Below are positions 11,569 to 25,258 of a DNA stretch of 64,000 bases, in pieces. The DNA is taken from positions 93,992,001-94,056,000 of the forward strand of contig NC_043000.1 in NCBI RefSeq assembly GCF_006345805.1, in the 5' to 3' direction. This stretch comes from Octopus sinensis (lineage: Eukaryota). The first letter of the stretch is position 1; each line of letters opens with the position of its first letter. The notes beneath the pieces are model-generated. The model was not told where the DNA came from, did not search any database, and saw only the letters and a program-made list of their open reading frames with translations. The translations under genes and the position numbers were made by a program.

Positions 11569-11977
11569 GGGGCTGGCAAGGTTTTGTGGTAAGAAGCTTG
11601 CTTCCAGCCACCAGATTCCAAGTTCAGTCCCACTGCATTGCACCATGGGCAAGTTTCTTCTACGATCACCTCGGGTCGACCAAAGCCTTGTGAGTGGATT
11701 TGGTAGAGAGAAACTGAAATATATATATATGTATATGTGTGTGTGTATGTGTATGCATGTATGTATTTGTGTATGTGTGTTTGCGTTCGTCTCCTAGCAT
11801 CACTTGATAACAAATGTTGTTATGTTTACATGTCCGTAACTTAGTGGATTGGCAAAAAAGATTATAGAATAAGTGCTAGGCTTACAAAGAATAAATCCTG
11901 GTTCTGTCTAAAACTCTTTAAGGCGATGCTCCAGCAAGGCCGTAGTCAAATGACTGAAACACGTAAAATAATAACAG
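11569..11977 (+). mobile_element. SINE family A copy (duplicate unit)
   Basis: Nearly identical to 10651-11058. Confidence 0.88.
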
Positions 11978-12689
11978 AATATATATAGCAATAATAAATC
12001 TCTGAACGAGATGTAAACAGTAACTGCTCGACAACGTAAAATATACTAGCCATCCCAATGTGGCTAACCACTAAGGGTGGGTGTTACTGTAGCTTTTAGC
12101 CCCAGAGGATCATCGTCTCCAGCTGGCTTTAGGCACACTTTCTGTGCCCTTATGGTATTTGCAAAGGGAGGTCATCCCTCTCTCGTAAACCTAAATGACA
12201 CGCACGGACTGCAGTTTCTAGCTATTAGCCAGTCTTCGGCGTACGGCAGTCACGGTTTACGATGAAAGGGAGACCTGTTTGCAAATACTTATTGTTTTTC
12301 TAGTAACTTCCGTCACTGATTTCGAAAAACTGTCTGCAAGCAATAATATATATATATATACAGATTGATTAGGGCCCGTGGTTCGCCTCGAGTGCTAAGT
12401 AAGGGTGGGGCACAAATAAGTTTAAAAGTTTCTGTAACTGCACGCAAATTTAACATCGAAGTAAGAGAGTAAGAACTGGGGGTTTATACTCTCGGAACAA
12501 AGTATGGAGAATATAGTTGGATGCGAGGGTATCGAGAGGCGTGTGGTAAATTATGAACCGTTAAATTTTTTGAAATTTTGCCTTGTGATTTACTCCGTGA
12601 TATGCGAATTATAAGACTATAGATTTCTTGCTTTCAAGTTAATTATATTTCAACTATTTTTTTACCTGATGAAATGAATGCGAATGATG

Positions 12690-13050
12690 GGAGTGGAATG
12701 CTGATTAAAACATTTGGGGAATGACGTGGGAGAATATTTTAGAAAAAAATGGAGAAGGAATTTCTCTTTACGCTTGGAAGAATGGGACGTACATAAGTTT
12801 GGCCTAACATAGAATACCCTGGCGCTGGGCCTGAGATCGAGGATAAAGTTCATTACTGCAAACAGACATCGTATGGTAATCATAAATATGTGACTCTTTG
12901 AATGTGTACGCAGCTGTCTATGTTTATAGAATACAACAGGCGCTGCTTATACTTCAGTGACGATATGTACTGTAGCTGATCGTTTGGGCAAATATGCATC
13001 AATGAAATATGTGATAATGTCAATATGATGTAACTAAAATACCATAGAAA
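12690..13050 (-). pseudogene. Heavily decayed PLE GIY-YIG domain (Neptune-like)
   Basis: HICPNDQLQYIS resembles C..C.LQYIG, and KRKEKF..PTSFPKCFNQH resembles R..E..I..L.T..P.GLN. Confidence 0.45.
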
Positions 13051-13835
13051 TTGGTATCCCAGCATAGCCACTATCTAAAGACGGGAACTAATAAAAGAAT
13101 GAAAGAAAATAACCATTTTTGCTATTCCCTGGCATCCAAGACAAGTTTCGGTTAAAATATTTTTCTAGAGACCAAAATTTTCCATAGAATGTGAACTGTT
13201 GATATTGTAGATATTTCTGTCATGAAACTCTGGCTATTGTTCCCCACAGCAAGTTGACAGTAGGGGCATGGACAATCAAGTATCCTGCCTGCAATCAATA
13301 CTTAAAACGAACACGACATCGCAGCCCATGTTTCTCAGAAATAAACCAATGCTGTTCTTGATAAGGAAAATTAGGCTTGTTTATTCAAATTTTCTCAGAA
13401 AAAAAATATGTCGTACCATACGTATATTCTGTCAAGAACCGCCCCTTAAATACATGTACGCATGCGCAACGTCTTACGTCCCGCCGCACCCACACAAATG
13501 CACGCATAAATGCATGTTCATGGATGTCTGCGCATTGTGTAACATTTTAGCCTTGATAATCTTTGTTTAGAGACAAATATTACTGCAAACCTGAAAGATA
13601 TGCAGTCTCTTTCTTAGCTTTTATGGGGTTTCGCATTTTCATTATCTTTAAAATTCGTGAAACTTGTTTTTATTAATTCATTTAAATTATTTTCCATTGT
13701 GATTTATTTCTGTTATCACGAAAGTATTTTAGTAAGAAATTGATTTATGTACAATTATAGATAAATACTTCCATTCGCACACATACATACATGCAAACAT
13801 ACATACACACACATATACATACATGTATGCCTGTA

Positions 13836-13902
<67 letters not shown>

Positions 13903-14239
13903 TATACATACATACATATACATATACATACATGCATATATATATATTATCATTATTATTATTACATGCATTCAACATATATGCAATCATGCATTCATCC
14001 ACGTGGCTATCCATTCATACACACATATATCAATACACACATGCATACCTACGTACGTCATATTTATACGTGCGTACATACATACATGCAAACATACATA
14101 CATACATGCATTCATACAAACATACATACACACATACATACATTCATACATACATACATGCATACATACATACATGGTGGCTGTTAATTCGTAGATGAGT
14201 GTGACCATCACTGACAAATTATATTAATGTAGGTATTGA

Positions 14240-14438
14240 TTTGACATTTTGGCACAAGGTCAGCAATATTTCAAGGGAAGGGTAAGTCGATTACATCGAC
14301 CTCACTGCTCCATCGGTTATTTAATTGAACGTGAAAGGATGAAAGACAAAATCGACTTCGGTAGAATTTCAACTCAGCACGTAAAAATGGACGAACGTTT
14401 TGCGGAGTGTGCTAACGATTCTGTTAGCTCACCGCCTT
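14240..14438 (-). mobile_element. SINE family B copy
   Basis: Reverse complement of the aaggcggtgagct..agaatcgttagcac..ctgagtt..ttcatcctttc..ggtcgatgtaatcgactt family also seen at 26803 and 49303. Confidence 0.8.
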
Positions 14439-14773
14439 ATCGTATCCTAGATATTAAAGACAATGGTTGTCAGCAATACCTGTGCTAAAATTCAAAATTT
14501 CTAAGATTGTTACATAGTTGGCTAAATAAACAACAAACATGCAAAAGCAAGATGTATGTATGTATGCATGTATGCATGCATATATGTATGCATATATAAT
14601 TGCAAAATCTCCGGTTTTGCAATTAGGCGGCTGTTATTTCAGAATTTCCTTCTAAACAAAGACTAGGGGCATCTTTCGCCCAGCTGTTCGATGGCCATTA
14701 ACGCTAATGAGTTCATAGCTAGATAGATAGATAGACAGACAGATAGAGAAAGAGAGAGAGAGATACATACATA

Positions 14774-15188
14774 CAGGCGCAGGAGTGGCTGTGTGGTAAG
14801 TAGCTTGCTTACCAGCCACATGGTTCCGGGTTCAGTCCCACTGCGTGGCACCTTGGACAAGTGACTTCTACTATAGCCTCGAGCCGACCAAAGCCTTGTG
14901 AGTGGATTTGGTAGACGGAAACTGAAAGACGCCCGTCGTATGTAAGTATATTTATATATATACTTGTGTGTTTCTGTGTCTGTGTTTGTCCCCCCAACAA
15001 CGCTAGACAACCGATGCTGGTGTGTTTACGTCCCCTTAACCTAGCGGTTCGGCAAAAGAGACCGATAGAATAAGTACTAGGCTTACAAAGAATAAGTCCT
15101 GGGGTTGATTTGCTCGATTAAAGGCGGGGGTGCAGCATGGCCGCAATCAAATGACTGAAACAAGTAAAATAGTAAAAGAGTAAAGAGT
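14774..15188 (+). mobile_element. SINE family A, near full-length
   Basis: A box TGGCTGTGTGG (14786), B box GGTTCAGTCCC (14829), CORE-like ccttggacaagtg, internal microsatellite and a (gtaaaaga)n tail. Confidence 0.93.
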
Positions 15189-15375
15189 TTACATACATAC
15201 ATATACATACATACATACATGCATAAATACATACATACATACATACATACATACATACATACATACATACAAACATTCATATATGCATACATATATGCAT
15301 GCATACATGCATACATACATACATACATACATACATACATACATACATACATACATACATACATACATACATACA

Positions 15376-15795
15376 TTAAAATCTCCAGTTACTCCATGCA
15401 GGTTACAAGTTCAAGTTTATACCTGTAAATATTGGGACACTGGGATATGGAACACTGCCAAAATACCAATTTTGAGAAATTTAGCTTCTCAAAATCAGGA
15501 ATTGGGAAAGCTGGTTCCGAGACTACAGATCCAATCCATCATTGGAACTGTAAAAATCTCTAAAACTTTCCAGAAGTTTATCATTTGAGTATATATGAAC
15601 ACGTTTAGATATACAAGTATATCTATGAGAAAACATGCATAAAACAAAAACATACAAATCTGCACGTATGCATACAAACAAAAAAACCCTATTGTTGATT
15701 TTGAAATTCCAATGAAGAAGTTTTGTATCTAGGTTAGAAAGTGACTACTCCTCTATTGACGAGAAATATTGAAATAAAACTAAATAATGGAATAC
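15376..15795 (+). mobile_element. RLE-type non-LTR retrotransposon 3' end, flanked by (TACA)n
   Basis: NLQLLHAGYKFKFIPVNIGTLG..RLQIQSIIGTVKISKTFQKFII*, matching the RLE C-terminal IP++IGALG...GT..I pattern, plus about 200 bp of 3' UTR. Second copy at 32003-32305. Confidence 0.78.
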
Positions 15796-16569
15796 ATACT
15801 TAGATACATACATATTTCTGGAGTAAAATATTAGATTTCCTCTGGTAATTATTGGAGTAATTGTTAAGTTGAGTAACTGTCTCAGGATGAAGCTTAACTA
15901 TAAATTTTCCAAGAATCCAGAACCAACACTGTAAATTACATCGTTTCGTATGCGAATACGTCTACATAGTAACTTGCTTGATGGCTCCGAATTCTATAGA
16001 AAATTTATAGAGGTAAACTATATTTATACTCTATATTATATTTATGTATACATAGCAATGTATGTATGTATAAGTGTATTTCTACAAGAAGTGTCATTGA
16101 ACTGGTGATTGTCCTGTTGTCATTGTTTACGCGGCGTGAAACACAAGACTCCCCATTGACGTAATCTCATTTGGATCCGGTTGGCCCTTGTTTTATTAGA
16201 AGGATACATTACAGTAACGGAAATCCAGAAATCGCATTTCAGACATAAATAACTCTAGCCTAATGCTCTAGCTACTAGAATCCACCAACAAGGGGGTTAG
16301 AGTTTTCGACTGGATCAGGAAACCGATTACAGCAAATGGGCTCTAAACATCTTAACTTATCTCTATGGGGATATATATACATTTACTGGATAACATGGCC
16401 ATGTTACCACCCTTCGTATCGACACATATACAAAACATAAACGTTGTTTAGTCTCACCTAACAATATATAGGTCCAAGTTATTATGTTCAGAATATCGCT
16501 GCAGATTGCAGTAGAAACATAGATTTATGTACATCCAATGAAAGCTAAACGACACGACACCAGGGTATT

Positions 16570-16950
16570 ATTCTACTCTTTATGTTCTGAGATCAAATTT
16601 CATCGAGGTCAAGTTTACCTTTCATTCATTAGGGATCGACTAGTAAAATAAAATACTGATCAAGTAGGGATATCAATGGTATCGATTAATCCCTATCCCT
16701 AAAATTGCGGGCTTCAGCCTAAATTAGAAACCATTAAAGGTAGCGAACAGGGAAAATTGTTAACACGCCGTGCCAAACGCTTAACAAAATTTCTTTTGGC
16801 TGATTATGTTCGGAGTTCAAATTCCGGCGAGATCGACCTTGCTATTTATCCTTTTGGGTCGATAAAATAAGTGCCAGTCAAATACTGGATCGACTTCACC
16901 CTCCCATCAAAAAAATAATAGCCCTTTGCCAAAATTTAAAGCTATTACTA
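16570..16950 (+). mobile_element. Two tandem, diverged SINE family B copies
   Basis: The gttc(t/g)gag.tcaaatt..cgag.tc.a block appears twice (about 16583 and 16808), each followed by a family B tail. Confidence 0.7.
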
Positions 16951-17253
16951 TTATAGATACTGCTCTAAGTGTAGAACCAGTGAGTCGGAGAAAAGGAATT
17001 GGAGAAGGCACTTGCTGTGGTGTCCCTAGAAATCCTCTTGTATCAGGAGGACTACATCACTATCACCCTTTTTCTTTCTCATATTATTTTACTGCTGTAT
17101 ACTAGATATATTTCCCTTCTTTGTTTTTTATTCTATGACGTATATACTTTCACTTTTTTCATTTCATTATATGTAAACGCCGACACTTCACGTGTGTTTT
17201 TGTATTGTCCCGCTTATTCTTCACCCTGATAGCAAAAATGAGGAATTATTATA

Positions 17254-17343
<90 letters not shown>

Positions 17344-17373
17344 ATTATTATCATTATTATTATTATTACTATT

Positions 17374-17875
17374 GAGTGTAGGAGCAATGCATACCATCAA
17401 AGTGACACAGGGTTAAAATATACAAAGCCCAGTATACACATCATGACTATTCGTCTGATAATGGTACACCAGGCACATGCATCAAAATCATATGTGCGCG
17501 AAATGGTTATCGAGATAAACAGCACATGACATTACAGGTGGGGCCCAGTTAGAATTTTCTTCAGGTCGAGTGGCCCATTCGGGTTAAAAGGTCTCTGAAT
17601 AAGGGCTGTTTAAGGATGTTGAACGAAACACCCATGTTTCCAAATGTGAATTATTCAAACCCAAAAGAACTCTTCACAACACTTGATGCACCCCCACTTC
17701 TTCTACTTGTGAACAGAGGTGCACATATCGTCAGGCACTAAAGAACATGCTCAACTGGTTATGGTCAAACAACTGACAAGTAAATCTGTGGTATTGAGCA
17801 GAATATTTGCTGTAGTCCATCTTTTATACGAAGACAAAACAATATACACGATGACATTATTATTACATGATAACA
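17374..17875 (-). mobile_element. 557-bp (TAA)n-associated element, truncated copy
   Basis: Homologous to 21017-21573 and 63221-63777, with (ATT)n-type repeats on both sides. Confidence 0.9.
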
Positions 17876-17903
17876 TTTTTATTGTTGTTGTTGTTGTTGT
17901 TGC

Positions 17904-17956
<53 letters not shown>

Positions 17957-18542
17957 CGTATATTTTTTGCACACCACTCCTTCTCGCAGACGGTTACCAA
18001 AAGTCATCTATAACGCTATGGATATCCTTTAACTTGATTTCTGTGTATGTGCATATGCATGTGTGGACATAGGAGGGTAGATGGCAATAACGCATCTGTC
18101 ATCAACTACTACAACAACAACAACAACTACTACTACTACTACTACAAGTGCTGCTACCACTATTACTGATATCACTAGCAATACTAGCTTCTTGTGGTTG
18201 TACAAAAAAGGAATATATAAAAAACGAGCAATTGGCTTGCCTAGAGACCACATACACTATCGATCGAATCACTTATTGTTTAACTCAAATACACGCACCC
18301 CCCCACACACACATATATATATATACGTATATATGTGCACTATGCACACACACGCGCATATATATATATGTGTATGCATGTATGAATATACATAGATATA
18401 TATATATATATGTATGTATGTATATTTATATATATTTACGTACATACACACACATATATCTATATGTATATGTATATATGTATGTATTTATATATATATA
18501 TACATACACACACATATAGATATATATATACATATATATATA

Positions 18543-18617
<75 letters not shown>

Positions 18618-19221
18618 ATATATTATATATATATATATATTGTATAAAGGAGTCTATATCTCCTTGTATGCTAAGCACACAAAAATATGATGCATCGATA
18701 ATTTGGCAACGTTTTATATTGTATACTGCAGTAAAGGCTATGGTAAAAAGAATCATGTCTCGTCATGATAGCTGAATATCGATCCTAGTGATTTAACACA
18801 GTTGAGATATTTTAATTTGAACAGAAATGGAATCGAATCCCTCGTTCAAAGGAGTAGAGTAGAAAATTTATTGCTTGTGCGTATATGTCCGTGTGTATGC
18901 GTGAATTTGCTTTTGAACGTGTGTCTGTATACGTGTGTGTGTACATGTGTGCGTTGTTTACATATATGCGTGTACATGTATATATATGTGTGCATGTATA
19001 TGTGTGTGTATATGTGTATATATACATATATAAGTATATACATTTACATGTATGTATATAATGTATATATCCAGACATACAGAATACGTACATGCATACA
19101 TATAGAATGCAAGGAGCAGAGCGAGGAGTAGAAGGTGGAGCATGAAGAGGAGAAAAGGAGATGTGATTATGATAATTATGACGATACACACACACGCACA
19201 CTCACACACATACACACACAT

Positions 19222-19256
<35 letters not shown>

Positions 19257-19297
19257 ATTATATATAGACACATACGTAGGATAATAAATATATATAC

Positions 19298-19992
19298 ATG
19301 AGACCAAAGCCGCTATATATATAAAAAAAGAATTTTTAAATGGGACAAGAACGAAAATCATCCGGACAGTTAGATGATACAAAAAAGGACAATTAAAGAG
19401 AAGGACGGGTCATTCAGAGCTTTCTTTCGTCAGTCGAGTTCCAGATTATCTTTGCAGTTTCGGCTGGTTATACTCGTGACTGCTCCAATCTGGCCTGCTC
19501 CAAGGAAAATCTAAGCTAAGTGCACTAGATTCGGTGGAAGAAAGCAGCGAATGTATACGAAAAAAACGACGGAAAAAACCTCGGAGAAATGGTACACAAA
19601 TAAAATACAAATAGCAGGATATAACAACAGGTGACTTTCGACTAAGGACGAATTAAATTAAGCTCACGTGTGTGGAAATAAAGCCTTACGGTAGGAGCAC
19701 AAGAAATGACAGGGATGGGAAGGAATATAGATGTTGCACGGATGCTAGTCGAACCAAGAAAGGTCGCGCTTGGCCGAACACCGGTCAAGTGGAAAGAGGG
19801 AAAGTGGGAAGAGATGTAGAGGCAGAGGGATAAAAGAATTAGGGAGGGACGAGAAAAAAGAAAAGAGACAGAGCGAAGTGAAAGATGAGGGAAGGCGAGA
19901 ATGAAGGGAGGGCGTATGTCCCTGCCGTAAGGCTTCACTTCCACACACGCTAGCTTAATTTAATTCGTCCTTAGTCGAAAGACACCTGTTGT
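19298..19992 (-). mobile_element. Probable PLE-type pLTR relic with terminal fold-back
   Basis: 72-bp inverted repeat 19624-19695/19921-19992 with about 6 mismatches. The minus strand has CTGACGA and GAAAC motifs. The PLE assignment is inferred. Confidence 0.5.
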
Positions 19993-20063
19993 GATCAGAG
20001 AAGCGCATATCGTCAGGCACCAAAGGACATACTCAACTGGTTAAGGTCTAGCAACTAGCAAGC
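19991..20063 (-). mobile_element. Fragment of the 557-bp element
   Basis: gtgatcagag..catatcgtcaggcac..ctcaactggttaaggtc..gcaagca followed directly by (ATT)n. Confidence 0.85.
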
Positions 20064-20107
20064 ATTATTATCATCATTATTATTATTATCATTATTATTA
20101 TTATTAC

Positions 20108-20187
<80 letters not shown>

Positions 20188-20918
20188 GTATTTATAAAAG
20201 AAATCATTATCATCCTCATTATCAACATCCTTATCTACATCACTGTCATCATCGTAGTCGACATCATCATAATTATCATCATTATAATAATTATAAAACC
20301 AATAGTGAGCGATGAAATTTCACGAAAATAGAATTACAGTAAGGGGTGTGGTTAGTTGAAGCATTGTAAATAGTCTAAAAATAATCGGGAATGATTGAAG
20401 AGAAATCAATGAAAGAATTATTTTGCAGTTCAATCAATGGAATCTATGGATCAGACATATCTCACGGATTACCACTTTCTTTCTTTCTTTCGTTTCTTTT
20501 CTTTCTTCCTTTCTTTATTTCTTCTTTTCTTTTCTTGAAAAAATAAACAAAACGAAAGACGTTATTACCATCTAACAATGAATCAAAGGAATGGTATTTT
20601 ATAGTTAGTGCTTTTAAATATTTTTATTACCATCGTACGTAATAGATATCAAGACGTCTGATTGGATAAAACGTAAACTTCACTACAATAGAACTGGGTT
20701 GGATTGCTGTCTACAGCAAGAGATTATCGGCTGCAAAAGCCAGTTGAATAGCAATAAAAGAAAATGAGATTTTGTAGCAAGGGCAGGAAGTTGGGTATCA
20801 TTTTACATAAAGCGTTTTCAGATCTGGATGGAGCTAGTTACATATAAAATCTTAAAAATTTCACATGTGGTATGTTATGTGAAATATGTAGGAACTACTG
20901 ATTAATTTGTGTTTGTTG

Positions 20919-21016
<98 letters not shown>

Positions 21017-21573
21017 GAGTGGGAGAGCAGTGCAAGCCAACAAAGTGACACTGGGGTTAAATATACGAAGCCCAGTATACCCATCATGAATACCCGTCTG
21101 ATAAGAGTATACCAGGCACATGCATCACAACAATATGTGCGCGACATGGGGATCTCATATCAAGATAAACAGCGCATGACCTTGCAGGTGGGGCCCAGTT
21201 AGAATTTTCTTCAGGTCGAGTAGCCCATCCCACTCAAATGGTTCCTGAATAAGGGTTGTTTAAGGATGTTGAACGAATCATCCATGTTTCCAGAGGTGAA
21301 TTATACAGATCCCAAAGAATTCCTTTGAACACATGGCTATGATGCTCTCCCACTACTTCTGCTCGTGATCAGAGATGCACATATCGCCAGGCACTGAGGG
21401 ACATGCTTAACTGGTTAAGATCAATCCACTAAAAAGCAAATCTGTGGTATTGAGCAGAATATTTGCTGTAACCCATGTTTTATAGCAAGACAAAACAATG
21501 TACATGGTAACACTTCCAATCAGTTAAGATCAGAAGCCATGAGAACCACTACCTGGCACTGCATCAGGTCATT
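21017..21573 (-). mobile_element. 557-bp (TAA)n-associated element, full length
   Basis: Same termini (gagtg.g.gagca ... gcatcagg.cattt) and length as 63221-63777, with (ATT)n on both sides. Confidence 0.93.
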
Positions 21574-21635
21574 TATTATTATTATTATTGTTGTTGTTGT
21601 GGTGATGGTGGTGGTGGTGGTTTTGGTTGTTGTTG

Positions 21636-21766
21636 TTCCACCGAGGTCGACTTTACTTTTCATCCTTTCGGGGTCGATAAATTAAGTACCAGTGAAACAC
21701 TAAAGTCGATGTAATCGACTTGTTTCATCCTACCAAATTTCAAGTCTTGTGCCTTTTGTAGAAAAG

Positions 21767-21770
<4 letters not shown>
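21636..21770 (+). mobile_element. SINE family B, 3' part
   Basis: ccgaggtcgacttt..ttcatcctttcggggtcgataaattaagtaccag..gtagaaaag then (ATT)n. Confidence 0.85.
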
Positions 21771-21805
<35 letters not shown>

Positions 21806-21814
21806 GTTATTGTT

Positions 21815-21868
<54 letters not shown>

Positions 21869-21879
21869 ACTCTCCATGT

Positions 21880-22930
21880 CACACATATCTGGCGTCGTTT
21901 TTATAAGTCAAGGACCAAGTTTTAAGCAATACCCGGGAACCATTTGGGAATGTCTCAACAATTCAATTTTCAAGAACCTTCTTCAGGACACTTGCAGTTC
22001 TGAAGAATAGGATTTTCTTTCGTTAATAACATGATAATAAGATTGTGGTTTACATTCCGTTGGAATGTAAATTGCAGTCTTCTTCATCCATGTTTATTTC
22101 TTTTTCTATGTATAAACACTTCGATTCGCACAATTTCAATTGTTTTCCCTTTATTACACCTTTTCATAACTTGATAATTCTTAAATTTCTTTTTACTTTC
22201 TCATGCACACTGTAGTCACCGAGAGATACTACATAAGATGTTCCACTGCGTCTATCCTTTTTTATTGACGACTAGCAGTATCGCCCAACGTTGCTCGGGT
22301 TTGTAAGGGAAATAACTATATTAGCATTTTTAGAGATGTAAAGTATAACAGCCATCTCAATATGGCTAACCACAAAGGGGGGTGTTACTGTAGCTTTTTA
22401 CGTTCTGAGATTTAATAATACATTTTTAGAGAGTTACTTCCCTTGTATATGCAAAAAATGCATTAAAAATGTGAAAAATTGATGGTAATTTTTTTTTTAA
22501 ATCGTAGACTCATCGTAGACGCGCGCTAATACCTAGAAGGGCTCGTTATGAATCACGACTATAAGATACCCGGTTTTGGTTAAGCTGCACCGCAAAATGT
22601 GGGAGTAGTTAGGAATCTAAATCGTAGGAGACAGACAGCACACAACCTCACTTTTATATATAAAGATAACAATGTCTGGTATTCTTGCTTCAGTCATTTG
22701 ATCAAATTGGACGCTTAAATCCCACAACAGCTTCAGTTCTTCCTTTTGTTTTCCAAGACATGGTGCTAGTTTAAGTAATATAACGCTTTACAGCTCTGTC
22801 TAAATATTACTTTCTTCATGGTTTCCAATGAACAATGCGTGCGATATTGTCGTGTTTCTTTTTTATTCTTTTTGTGCCAGTATACTACATTCACTCATTA
22901 CTTAGCAAATATATTCACCATTTTATGTAC
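21880..22930 (-). mobile_element. R4/Dong-clade LINE 3' fragment (CCHC-RLE), interrupted by a Helitron
   Basis: SECSILAQKE..HDNIARIVHWK, then LKLLWDLSVQFDQMTEARIPDIVIVNK, then RTASVLKKVLEN*. The 3' end is next to (CAA/TAA)n. Confidence 0.85.
22272..22666 (-). mobile_element. Non-autonomous Helitron
   Basis: Minus strand: host A | TCtttatatataaa ... cccgagcaacgttggg hairpin ... CTAG | host T, with no TSD. Removing it restores the PDIVIVN frame. Confidence 0.88.
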
Positions 22931-23657
22931 AAAATCTACAATAAGTGATTCAACATCTATCGACGCTATATTTTGCATAGCTTTAAATTATTGTTCTTAC
23001 ATAGCAGAAACTAATGCATCAATTAAAAATCGTAGATGCTTTCTTGAGCAAGGCACATTTCGCGTTGCTCCAATCTTGTCACCAGTAAAGGAGTACTTCC
23101 AAGTTCTGATGAAGGTCTCTACCTCACTAGAGGTCATATCCTGGATGTACCGCTTGCTCTATGATCATGGAGCGGAAAGTGTATTTGATCATCTATATCC
23201 GTTCCTGACAATACGGCACCTAAACAATTAACGAAAGTATAGGAAATGCAGCCAACCCATTGTCGCTCGCGAGTGACGAATATCTGGTCTATATTTATTC
23301 TATGTCCGATAAGGTTCAAGATTTACATTTTCCGCCAGATGCTATCAAGCTGTTCTCTCTTTGTTTTTATTTTTACTTTTATCTTTCTCCGTCTTTCTTT
23401 TTCTTTCCACGCCCTTGCTCGAGATCTTTCTTCCTCTCTCCATGTATTTTCTCTAACTACTCCGTATGTAGAGTAAGCTGGGTATGTTAACCTAACGCAC
23501 CATCCTGCTTAACACGACTATGTGGTCCTTCTTAGCATTATTGCAACTCACCGTTCAGATTCCAAATTATATCTCCTTCTGTTCACGCTTTTCTCTTGAG
23601 GACATTTACCTGGACTTAAGATATCCGAACGTGACATCAACATCAATAGCCGAGATC

Positions 23658-24340
23658 AAAAGGGAAGTAATGTGCAGTTCGAGGGTAATACATCTCTTTC
23701 CGTGACTTGCTTTTAAACAAGACAACATACGAATAGCTACGTCAGTCAAGGGGAAACTGCGGTCCGCGTGACTTTCTGAATAAAAAGCCTAGCGAAAAAT
23801 CACCATGATGTTTTTTATTAGTGCATCCTGCCTGATGAGGAGTTACATCTCGAAAATAGGTTGCACATATCTGATCTACGTATTTAATCGACGTATTAGA
23901 AATAACAAAGAAATCTCTATTCAAATTCCGCCAAGACCTATCTTATTACTTACTCATAAGAAATAACGGCATGGTCACAGTTGGACATCGATATCATTAA
24001 CGGAAATCAGAAGGAAAGGGATGTGAAGTTCATGTGTAATACATATTCTTCTGTGGTCTACTTTTAAACAAGACAACATTGAAATATCTCCGTCAGCCTT
24101 GGACAAACTGTAATCCGAGGGACTTTCTGAATGGCAAGTCTAGCGAAAAGTCACCTTGAATTTTTTTCTTTTTTGCTCATGCGGCCGGCTTCTCGAGAAA
24201 AATGATGCCAGGTCTACGTTTTATTCGAACTATTAAAAATATCAATCAAATTTTATTTAAAATTTCGCCGCGACCTTTCTTACTATTACTTACACTTAAG
24301 AAAAAAAAAAACAACGGTATAGTCACGGCTGGAATGCCTT
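23658..24340. repeat. Old tandem duplication, unit about 345 bp
   Basis: Collinear shared blocks cttttaaacaagacaacat, gactttctgaat, ctagcgaaaa.tcacc and tctacgt at about 350-bp offset. Confidence 0.85.
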
Positions 24341-25029
24341 TGATCCTAGATGTTCTAGACTAGAGATGTATTGGGATTAACCAATAACAAATGATTTATA
24401 AAGAAAACGTTTTTCTGTGTTAATTCAATGAGATCTTCTTACATAGTTTATTACACCGCCTACACTACAACTCAACAAATCCTTTTGAATTAACACTTTG
24501 AACAAGTAAGTAAAACCAATTTAATTTATTTTATTTTATTTCTGAATTATCTGAATATTTCGCTTTTCCAACTTCTCTTTTTCTTTTTTTATTATTTATT
24601 TTGTCTTTTGAATGTGAAGCCAAATTTATACAGAAGTGTATATTCATTATCATTTTAATTTGTGTTTTGTTTTTCTTTTTCTCAGCAATTTCTTTTCGAC
24701 GACTCTAAATGCATTTTTTTCTTCTTTTTCCCAGATAAATCTTTGGCAAAGAACAGAAAATATTCTAAATTCACAGCAGTACAATATTCATAACAACGCA
24801 CACACCGTTGACTCATTAACTAAACTTCTCATTATTTCTCTTTTATTTTAAAATTTTATGTTCATTTTATATTATTTTTCGCTCTTATAAAATATTGTTA
24901 CGCAATTTATTGCTCGGCTTCGGAATTTGGCAAATCGAGTGAACAATATAAGGCGGCAAGATCTTTTGATGTTGTTGTCCTCGTCGTCGTTGTCGCCGGC
25001 GCCGTCGTTGTGGTTGTTGCTGTTGTTAT

Positions 25030-25258
25030 GGTTGATGTCCTTATTTAGCACAAGGTCAACTCTGCTTCAGCAGAGCCAAAACCAGAAGTATTCTTGCCAT
25101 TTTTATATTTCCTTTTACCTCGGACGTGTTGCATCTAGAACCAGAACATTAAATATATATATATATAAGAGTAAAATGATAAATTGCTTGATATGAGTAA
25201 GACGGGACTGTTATTTCCAGCAGGTCAGATAAGGTAATAAAGACCGCTCGTTGGCTCT
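25030..25258 (-). mobile_element. Old SINE-like family E copy
   Basis: Shares tttagc.c..g.tca, tatttc.agcaggtc and gttggctc blocks with 57570-57801 and 37115-37302. Confidence 0.55.

Larger units (their letters stand above)
10520..12355. repeat. Near-identical tandem duplication, period about 919 bp
   Basis: Identical ORFs at 11158 and 12077. Outside microsatellites the units differ only by three single-base indels that I could see. Junctions lie in (TA)n. Confidence 0.97.

Noticed and set aside
14774-14850. tRNA-like sequences with A and B boxes (also at about 10000, 26810 and 40070)
   Set aside because: They continue into SINE bodies and lack a complete cloverleaf, so they are SINE heads and not tRNA genes.
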